Shown: in pieces, positions 54,043-64,000 of the stretch
Layout: each line of letters starts with the position of its first letter
Position numbering within the stretch: position 1 is the first letter of the stretch
From: Marsupella aquatica
Lineage: Eukaryota > Plantae > Marchantiophyta
Length of the DNA stretch: 64,000 nucleotides
Reading direction: 5' to 3'
NCBI GenBank assembly: GCA_973895155.1
Contig: OZ316897.1
Span: 20,674,260 to 20,738,259, forward strand
The notes under the pieces: generated by a model
What the model saw: only the letters and a program-made list of their open reading frames with translations
Told to the model about the DNA's origin: nothing
Database searches by the model: none
Program-made: the position numbers and the translations under genes

Positions 54043-56157
54043 TAGTACACGAATCTATGTGGTCATGTTACACCTCCTCCAGAGTGCTGTGCTTCTGGAT
54101 GAGGTGCTGGAAAACATTTGCTGGGAACTCAGTTTCGTTGTCTCTGCGGTTCCACAGAAATACTACCATGCAAGTGCCCATTATATTCTCTTCAGTCTCA
54201 AAAGCAGTTGCGGGTGATCAGTCAGGTCTCATTCCCCATCGCTGCAGTGACATGCATACAGGGCAAAACTATGAAGGTTTTGACAGTTCATACAAGCGTC
54301 TTGTCAAATATTGTCATTTATGGGAACTTCGGTTTCCATCATATTCTCCAAAATTCCTCTCCCTGGAACTCAAGGAATCACAAGCAAATTCCAGCAGGTT
54401 TCCAAACCCTACTAGTGAGAGCAAAGCACTTAAATATACCAAACACGAAAGTTACTCTGGGAATAGGACTCGAAAGTTTTGAATCTCAATAGTGAACCTG
54501 AGCATTGGTTGAAGCGCCGTTGTACTTAAGACTACTTGTGAGAGCAAAGGCACTCGAAATTTTCCAAGCACTTAAGCTGCACTCGGAGGTTTATATAGAG
54601 TGCCCCTTTACGGGGGATTGCCTTCTGCCCAGCACTGAATGGGCTCAAAGGCCTCTGCGAAGACCTCGATTAAACCGGGAACTCTTCCCAAAGCACGTCA
54701 GGGACATGGACTTGAGCCAGAATTAACCACAGAACGAATCAGATGCGGCTACTGGTTCTACCGTTACCATGAGCAACTGTGTTCGACGTGGGCACACAAC
54801 TCAACAAAGGAACGTGAGGAAAGTCTGCCAAATCCAATCACATGAAGTGTCAATGTTTTTACTCCCGTCGTCTACCTTAACTCACATCTCCCCATGCCCC
54901 CATGCGAAAAAATAGCTGAGCATCATCCTGGAGTAAGATTAGTGTTAGAAATATAGATATGTCCTCATCCCATCATCCACTCTGGCTTCTCCTCACAATT
55001 AAGCTGGCAGGCAATTTGAGAAAGATTCTGCATGATTGAGTTATAATGGTGTCCTGAGGAAAGGGAGACAAAGGAACCTGGGTACCTCTTCATGCAAATA
55101 AACAATCACAAACCTATGAATGGACGAGGGAGTTTCCTTTCATACAAATATATCACTCACAATGCCCATTCTTGTCCGGAAAGTAATACTGTACGAATAT
55201 TACATCAGGCCTAGTTAGAAGTACCCTCCCAGCCGTAGACAACGTCTTCCTGCAGGTTGGTAAAGGAGTAAATAAGATTTTCTGAAGTGCCCGTCTGCTA
55301 CCTTACCCTTTCCCCACCTAGCCCAGTCTTAGAATGGCGTGAGCTTGTACAGCACGCCGAGGAAGAGGACCTTCCAAGCTATAGTGAAAATGCTCACTAT
55401 TTCTGGACAGAAATGTAGCTCAAGAAATTGCCCAATTCAATACCAAGAAGGAGGACAATGCCATCAAATTGCAGCCTTATAAACAGGTTAAATGCAGGTT
55501 CGAAATCAGAACAGATACAATCGCCCAGGAACTACAATAATTAATGAAGGGAAAAAACGCATTCCACATCCCAGAACTTCAAAAAATTGCTTCTGTATCC
55601 GTAACAAATTATGCACATTCAGGGGCAGCATTACAAAACACAATCCTTTCATGTGACACTATCTATTACATTAGAACATATACCATACAGCTACCATAGA
55701 GAGTGAAACAAATTTTCAGGTCCTACTCAGTTGGCAATCATTTCAAACCATGATGTCTTAGCATAAGCATCTCATGACTAGAACCAGATCCAAGAGATTC
55801 TGTGGTGACTTTTATTAAGGTAAAGGGGTAACACCACCTCACCTAATCATGAAGGGCTACTTTTACAAAGCTTGAGAATTAAAACAAACTCTATGAACCA
55901 ATAATTTCACAAACCAGATATTACTGGTTACAAATTGACAAAAAGTCAATTTTACCAAGTAATGCGGTGGTTCAAATGATCTATGAACCGTCTATATTGT
56001 GGACAAATTTCGCCAGGCAGGAAGACTCAAAGTAGACAGAACGTAAGCCAAGCACTTGCGCGGTAGCCTGAGAAACTTGACAGCCAATGAGCCTAAGACT
56101 TCCAAAACCGGGTCGGCATTGCTGATACAACTCCCTGACGAGCTACCTTACCAATGG

Positions 56158-59100
56158 TTAAGAGAACCATGGTATTCCCCCCCTTCTTCTTCCTCGTTTG
56201 CCATCCAAGGCCTGCGGACAATTGACAAAGAATTTGATATGTACATTACTTTTAAATCATCTTAGGGACTATATAGCCCCGACAATTCACATGTAATCCT
56301 ATCTGCCTATCTCACAGTTGCACACAAAAAATAATTCTCTATAATTCATATATCCTTAACTTCAATCCTGCCTTGCCTTCAAAAGATGAAGTAATGCACT
56401 CTTCCAACAGCTAACTACCAGCTAGCCAGAAACTAACTTCGACCTTATAAATCTCAGGTCAATGCTACCAAGGGGAAATTTTTGCTGAACTTAATAAGAC
56501 ATACCGTCTTCTGGAATAGTCTGAAGGTCAGAACTCCCACATCACGGGTCCTGGGCAACACGTCGAAAGAAGAGTGTGTTAGTGGTGGTCTGGTGATTGC
56601 GAAACTCCAAATACTTGTGTAAGCAAAAGCCCAAAGCCACAGCCATACCTGCTATCTCGAAATTCTACGTAAAATAGCCGTCTTTCATTGCTTGTGATCA
56701 CGCATTGTATCAAATGGCCCACCGGTATCTTTATCTGCAATTGAAATAGTTTACGTTAGAGCAGATTACTTCCACGCTCATTGACTACTCGATATTTAGA
56801 ATACGGCAACCAAAAACTAATTTCAACTTCCGTTCATTCACAGGGAACAGAGAAAATTACATTCCGAACACAGAAATATTCAGTAAGATGTGCAGTGTCA
56901 GATGGATACACAGACGAGCCGCCTACGTGATTGTGAACACAGAACTGAGATGATGGCTTTCCTATTAATTCAGGACAATAGCGCGTCAAGACTGTTGACA
57001 AAATCTTCAAGTTGTCAGGATCCTTGGCCTATCCAAAATATGAGAACATGTCTCCTAAACTCTACTCATCCACGTCCTAACTCCTATTTTAAGAGGAAAG
57101 GGAACGCATGTCTTACCGAAACATCTGAGGAATACTTTTCGCTAAGCACCACCCTCTTGGTAGTACTATTGCGTCTGAGTTCAAAACTACTCCGTTTCAA
57201 AGTCAGGGTGACAGACTCCCAATTTTCCTCCGGAGGACCCCCGTCGACCTGCTTCACATCCAAGGGACTAATCACCTAGAGGATATAATGATATATCCTA
57301 TTATGCCACTGGTGTTTCTACTTACGCAGTTTAGACGGAACAATCAGGCGTAAAGCATTGATAAGAGCCCGACAAAACCCATGCATTCCTAGCTTAAAAG
57401 CAATGTCTACAATGTCTTATTTGAAATGCGCGTTTTGGCAAATACGTAAGTGAATGACTTAATTATCGTATCTAACTGGACCCTGTCCGACAAGGGACAT
57501 CAGTTGCTTACAATATCGAGTTCAAGAGCCTCCAATAGAGAGTTGCAGAGGCATTGCAACAGAACACAACCTCATAAGCACCATACATGATTATAGATTT
57601 TACTGATGCTACAGACTCCAGACCAATAAGACTCACGACAACAACATCAAAAGCAGCCGTACCAGAAACTGTACTTCAAAAGAAACATGGCCTTGGGCGC
57701 TGTAGCTGTCGATTTGATCTTGCATCATCGCATCTGCAAGTATGACGTAAGTACATCATGTTTAAATTCTGTCCAAGGGAAGTATCTATATAAAAGGACT
57801 ACAGAAGTTCCTGCCATGACCAACAGGACGAATAAATCACAACTGATTTTCAATTCGATGATTCAGGCTTTGACAAAGTCAGATGGAGTAATAATCTACA
57901 TGCTGTAAGAAAGGATGAGAAGGAATGGACAAGGTGATTCTTGTGTAATTAAAACAGAAGGTCCTAGAGTGGCACACGAGACGATACTCGACTGAAACAT
58001 GTTATAAATTACAGATGTTGGCAATCCTCTTCACAAATCACTGGAAAGGCGTGCCGGAATGAAGCTCCTCAGAGCTATATTCTAGACCATACATATCAAG
58101 AAATAGTGCCAATAATTGTCCATCTTGATTTAACTTTCTTTCCTTCTGGAGGGCTAAAACTACCCTGGGACAAATGCCAATTTTGAGTACATCACTGATC
58201 CATATAGACTTCTACCATTGCAGAAATATCATAGTCCATAAAAGATATCCGACTTTAGATGTACCCAGTGAAGGCTAAAACGGAGTCTTAGGGGAAGCTA
58301 AGAGACGACAGGGAACATACCACAAGTGATCCACCTAGATTCGTTTGCAAAGACTGTCACCAGCTCTCCCTACAGTGAATCAAAAAAAGGACGAACCAAA
58401 ATTAGCACATTGATTAGGATCTCGATGAGAATTAAGTAGAACCTCAATGATGCTCACGAACCGCGCAGACAAACAAGGGTGGACGAATAAAAGTGAGAAG
58501 ATGAACGATACTCGAATTCAATAACCTTCAAAAGATATAGATCTCCGACTATGTTAGGGACTATTCCGTACCCTTCGGTTTCGTTCGTCCATTGGAACAC
58601 ATTCAATTGCAATCATTGTGTCACAGTCATCTGCCGTGACTGTGTACTCAGGTTGTGCTGCACCTGTAAAATTCATCACAGAGATCGCCCTCATTACTGG
58701 AGTAGTGATTGCAATATGCAGGCTACTGACGAAGTCGTCATTAGAGAGTCCTGATGACAGGTCTCATGATTCCCTGTTCCTGCCGGTTCTACAGATACTG
58801 GGGGATCCGATGACTGAGTACTACAAATAGTGGCTCATTCAACTGCAACAGACCCAAGACCGAGTCAGATAGCGCTCTACCTTCGATGTACATGGTTGTT
58901 CCATTTTGATAGTGTCGCACCCACTGATATAAGCAACATCAGAGAACAGATTGTCAGCAATGCCTACTCGATGTCCACTAAATCTACAACAATACATTCA
59001 CTCAGAGGTTCTAAAGAAAAAATCTCAACTACTACAATTATTACACCGACTACCCAATATTCTCTCCTAGGCTACGCTCTGCACACCTGAATCACCATTT

Positions 59101-62100
59101 CTTAATAAACATGTGGAGAAACTTGTACACCGACAGGTAAGTACTGATCGAGCCCATTTAACAGTCCAGTAATCCTAATACATGTACAGCTCTAAAGCTA
59201 CGTATGCCGGCTTACTCCAAAAACTTGACAGCTTCATTGCTAAAGAGAAGGGAACCAAACAAAAAATTTCAAGTCCATTGACTTGCAAACTATATTCTCC
59301 AGACCTACATGCTCCAAATGCCTGCTCATAAGTCAAGTAAACACGCCAAGGAGAGTTCAATCCGTTGATGCTCAGAGCACTGGTTAGCTTGAGAATATTT
59401 GTACTACTATGGGAATAGAAGCTCACAATACCTGAAACATACACAAGGCCGTGCCATTGATGGAATGTCCACAGGCAGTAAGTCTTCCCCCTAACTCAGC
59501 GTGCCCAACTATTTGTAGCCCTTGGATTGCTGGTAGCGGATCTCCATCTGTCACAACAATTGTACAGCAGTCACGAAATGGCTGGTAATTGCACGTATGA
59601 AGGAGATCACCTTTGGGCTCTAGTAGAGCTACTGATTCATCTCAGACAACGCAGGCAATCTGTGAATCAAAATTCGAACTTGCTTGCACTCGATCAAGCG
59701 ATCAGAACTACATACTGAGCTAATTCAGATAGAACGCTACAATGGCTAAATTTGCCGCCAGACGAGGGTCCGTTTAATAAAAGAAAACTCTTGTTGTGAA
59801 ACCAGCGCTGTCCTGAGAATCGCACCTTCTGAGATAGTTTCTTCAGGCAAAGTGGGCATATGTGGAGAGCGTGGTGACCGAGGAGCAGGCTCTGCTCTTT
59901 CAGTCTCCTCTGACCCTCCACCAACCCCGTTGATGGAAGGCTCATCTTGCTCTGAAAATTCAGGGGGCCTCTCGAAATCTTGATTGTCGTGACTCTCCTG
60001 ATTGGAAAACTGTGCTTGTGGGTAATGGTTTGCACGTGGAGACGACTGAGCTTGCCTGTTTTGCAGAAATTGATTAGTTCACAATTGATGAATACACATA
60101 CTTATTTCCCCAATATGGGTTTGCATCAGAGTTTCTCCTATCACCAACTGATCAGCGGGAGAAAAAATCTTCGCATGCTCGTGATATTGCATGGAAGTAA
60201 CGCCTCAAATTGAAACACTTCAGTGAAAAGGACTTCCGGACAGTAGGTACTCGGCCCAAAAGAAAAACATAAATTTTCACTTCTTGACTTATTCCGCCTA
60301 CCAAATCACCAACCACGCTACATGACGCTTCTGGCATTCACTGAGAAAGGCTCCTTAAGTCCGTATGCAGGTCAATCCAACTTCAAGTACCTCCATCCAA
60401 GGATTCAATAATTACTTGCGAAATCGATGGCAATCAATAAGTAGGTCCCTTACTCTGATCCGCCAAATTGAGCGCGCTCATTTCCAGCTGCAGGAAATTG
60501 AGAGGAGCCTGAAGATGGCCATGTACTCGCTTGATGCATTGGAGATGGTGGTGATAAAGGCATTTGTGGTTGGAAGTGTTGAGGTACAATCTCGAGACCG
60601 TGTAACTTCTACCACATCGGAGGACCAAGACTCAGAAGATGAGTTACGCTTCACAAACTATCAATTATCAAGGAAACCTTGTAAACAGGTCACTTGATTG
60701 GAATATAAGCGATATCATATTCAGCAAGACCAGCTACTTCTAAAGCCAGTCAACGGTCAACCAATCAAAGGCATAGCATGTAAATCAAATCTAACCTAAT
60801 ATTTGTCACGTAGGTAAATGTTGTGGAACATCCCTAAACAATAATCGGCATTCACTTACTCCATGAGGTGGAGACTGCTGAGGATACTGGCCACCATTGC
60901 GGTACTGAAGATCTGCTCGCCAATTTTGTCGAAAAAGCGCCTCTTTGTTCTTTCCCTGCATCTAAACCAGAAACATATTAATAATCACTGTATTCAGAGA
61001 CAGCCTCGGTACAGAGGAAAGGTGCCGTTCCAAGCCTTCGTGCACATGGAAAGACAGACATACCTCTGAGAGATTCAATTCTGACCGCAGATGTTGTACC
61101 AGAATCTGTTCCCAAAAAACAAAATGTATTTAGAGCAAAGACGAGGTTGGAATACAATCAGACTCATTACATGATCTTATCTGAGATTCTGGAACATGAA
61201 GCATTGCAACCTCAACCTCTTAGATATGATTCTGCGATACGGGAAGGTGAAGCCCAAGAAAAGCTCTTTGAAGAGGAACTAGGATTCCTGGACAAAATTC
61301 CAGGTAGTAAAGACACAAAAATAAATGTTAGACGGTTACTAATATTCAATTTTCTCTACGGTATAAACTTCCCATCACAGTTTCAACATAAGACAATTAA
61401 TATGCAGTTAAATGAATCACCTTAATTGCGCTAACCATTGAATGGGCATCGGTAACTGTTGGTTGCAGATCAAACTCTGCCAGAAGTGGTAATAAATTCG
61501 ATATATACACAGATCTCTCGGTGTCTGCAGCCTGAAGAAGCATTAATTGAACTTCATCAAGTGAATTGACATACTTTAACTCTGATAAAAAGAGATTTTC
61601 ATGATCTTACGCCCTTGCTATTGAGATCTCTGCAGTGTCCTTGCCGCATGTGCTTTCAAACATCCACGAGCCCACATGTGAATAGCACTAGATAGCTGGC
61701 AGCCACATCATCGGCAACATTAAAAGGCTTGCTACTATAGGTCAATGTCATACGTAGACACTCATCCTAAGAGCTCACTAAGATTGTAAAAAAAAGCCTC
61801 CCATGGTCCAGCTGTTATTAATCTCTTGCCTGAAGAGCATAAGTAAGGCGTATATTTTCTTCCAAGACTTCCTGTCGATAAGAGAGGGCCTTTGAAGCTG
61901 CATCAACAAGTCCTTGCTGTTGCTGATCGTAGGCCTGCATCCATACAATACCGGGTGAACAAGGAAAACTCACATCAAAGATTGGCCTGAGAGAACGCTT
62001 CTAGACGGAAAAGTGGATAGCAGTACTATGAACAAAAGCAGCGAATTTGGGTTGGGACAAAACTAACCAAGCGTAGCTCAGCAACACGTCGCTCCAGGAT

Positions 62101-63177
62101 ACGTTTTTCACTCTGCACCTGGGCCTCCTGTTGGGTCCACAAACTAGTAAGTTTATGATAGCCCAGGAAAGGAAATCCGCATGAATATACACTGGACTAG
62201 TAACAAAGTGAGGCAGTATAACAGCTTTGAAGACCCCAGTTAAGGGGACGAGTGTATAGCGCATGCCTTTATATAGGCTTCTGTGAGCCGTTTATGTAAA
62301 AGACTATTCTCCTCCTGTTGTGATATTGCAGTTCTGAGGGCCACTTCCTGGACAACAATATTTAAAATGAGCACAAGCTTGGCTTGATTAGCCTCTGGTA
62401 GACTCCCAATTTCGTAAAAGATTGGCGACAGGTGAAGGCGTTACAGACAATCAAAGACGTTGGTTAAAAAAAATCGCAACGTAAACATTGAGATTGCAAT
62501 TACAGTTTAGCTAGAAACCGCACCTGCTCGTGGTATAAATTGTGGTTGTCATTCAAATCTGAGGGCTGATACATGTTGTGATTGGCATTGCCGTCTGAGG
62601 GAAGTTGAGGTAAAACCTGACCACTGCTTTGTGCCCTTGTTTCTAGTTCTGGATCCCGGCGACGGCTAAATTGACAAGCACAAATAATATTACGCTCAGT
62701 AAACACGGTCGAAAATGAAATGTATCTATATCACAAACAAGATGTTAGGTTGTCAACGTTGGTAGATACTTACGCATGAGTTGGAGACATAGACCGCGAG
62801 GACGGTGACGAGACACCGCTACTGTTTGTGTCAACGATAGGATGTAAGAGGGGGGGCCCGCCACGATGGTGATTTTTGGTTCCACCATTGGTCCCATTCA
62901 TCGCACTACTTGAATGACTATGCTGCACTGGCAGTGGCTGGCCACGAGGCCCACCGTTTTGATATTCCTGAGGTTGTCCAGCGGTAGGATGGATGATTAT
63001 TGAACTCTGCTCTTCCTGTAATCCTGGAACCGGATACCCTTCTCTATTACCACCACCCCGTGGAGTCGAAAAAAAATGCCCAGGCCTGTCAAAACCGGAT
63101 CTTGGAACACCTGGCCTGGACTGATACGGATCATGTGGTTGGTCATCTGTCGGCCTTGGCACTCCTTGCTGGTCCAT
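56158..63177 (-). CDS. Plant-conserved uncharacterised protein: coiled coil + AIR9-type Ig-like domain + C-terminal domain (resembles the Arabidopsis At3g03560/At5g23490-type family), about 713 aa
   Basis: 19 in-phase exons: 63177-62774, 62665-62524, 62347-62267, 62127-62068, 61934-61830, 61531-61421, 61105-61064, 60955-60860, 60608-60454, 60055-59826, 59547-59432, 58923-58881, 58663-58572, 58369-58321, 57733-57663, 57275(or 57248)-57117, 56734-56649, 56550-56505, 56211-56158. Motifs LVDAASKALSYRQEVLEENIRLTYALQ, DPLPAIQGLQIVG, FQWVRH, GAAQPEYTVTADDCD, RRGELVTVFAN. Family named from memory, not a search. Confidence 0.85.
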
Positions 63178-64000
63178 TTTCTACTCATGGAAATCCAAAA
63201 CAATACAGACGTTACAATGCAAAGCATGTAATCAAGCCTCAGAGTAACATCTCCAAATCTCAAAATTCGTCCCACCCAAGATACCGCTATTGCCTGTGGA
63301 GTGGCAAAACTTCACAACAACTTTGAGCTTTCCTCTTACCTCCATTAAAACACAAAATATTCCACTTATTGGAAAATGTAATAAATGTGATTCCAGATAA
63401 TGCATAACAACAAGCCTACAATTTCAGATATGACAGCAGGCTCCGAAGACTTGAAGTGTGGGAGAGCAAACAGACAATCGCTACAGAAAACGCCCCAGAG
63501 ATAGAGATTAAGCCACATTGGGCATTCCCAGTATTAAATCTACAATCATCGAAGAAAATTGGGATCACAAGCTGAGACTCACACTATTTTGGAGTTCCCA
63601 CTCGGTGACCCTTAGAGCAGATCTCAAGTGTTCATTTTCCTCCATCTACACAGACCACGACGACTCCTGAGCTCGAGTTCATTCATGGGGCTACTCCACA
63701 GACTCACAAGTCAGATACAAGAAAAGGCTCCTATCGGAAAAGTGCAGCTCTCGGTCCAACGTGGAGAACAGATAGCATAAATGGTTCGTTGGCCTACCGA
63801 CGAATGTAACATGACCGCGAAGGCCGAGTACCAAATTCTTGACATCTATTCCATGTGGCTTTGCTCACAACAACCACATCTCCGAATGTCGATATCAGGC
63901 AACGATTTTGCCCTCGCTGCCACTGAAGTAAGCCAAAACAAAAGGGAATGGCAGGATAGTGGGGATACTTTCGCCCCAACTTACGACTCAAGTGAACTTT

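Overview
Eukaryotic land-plant genomic DNA with spliceosomal introns, most likely a liverwort or other bryophyte. That assignment is inferred from the alpha/beta-hydrolase-NB-ARC-LRR (HNL) immune receptor class and the bryophyte-like F-box gene. Bases 1-22100 hold a tandem duplication (offset about 13.8 kb) of an HNL gene. Copy 2 (13775-19778) looks intact at about 1255 aa. Copy 1 (1-6201) keeps an intact hydrolase domain but has two +1 frameshifts in the NB-ARC exon and a truncated LRR. The spacer and flanks contain transposon debris: an L1-like 3' remnant, a CRE-clade restriction-like-endonuclease retrotransposon fragment, and a tRNA-derived SINE with a perfect 15-bp target-site duplication. 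The rest of the window contains an intronless auxilin-like J-domain gene (-), an F-box gene with a nonsense codon inside the F-box (+), a divergent 4-exon alpha-tubulin (-), a 3-exon glyoxalase/VOC gene (-) with a 4x58-bp upstream array, a minisatellite with a higher-order 4-mer period, and a 19-exon coiled-coil/Ig-like-domain gene (-) that needs two GC-AG introns. All exon models were built by hand from splice signals and reading-frame phase. Family assignments come from motif recognition, not database searches, and identities were judged by eye.
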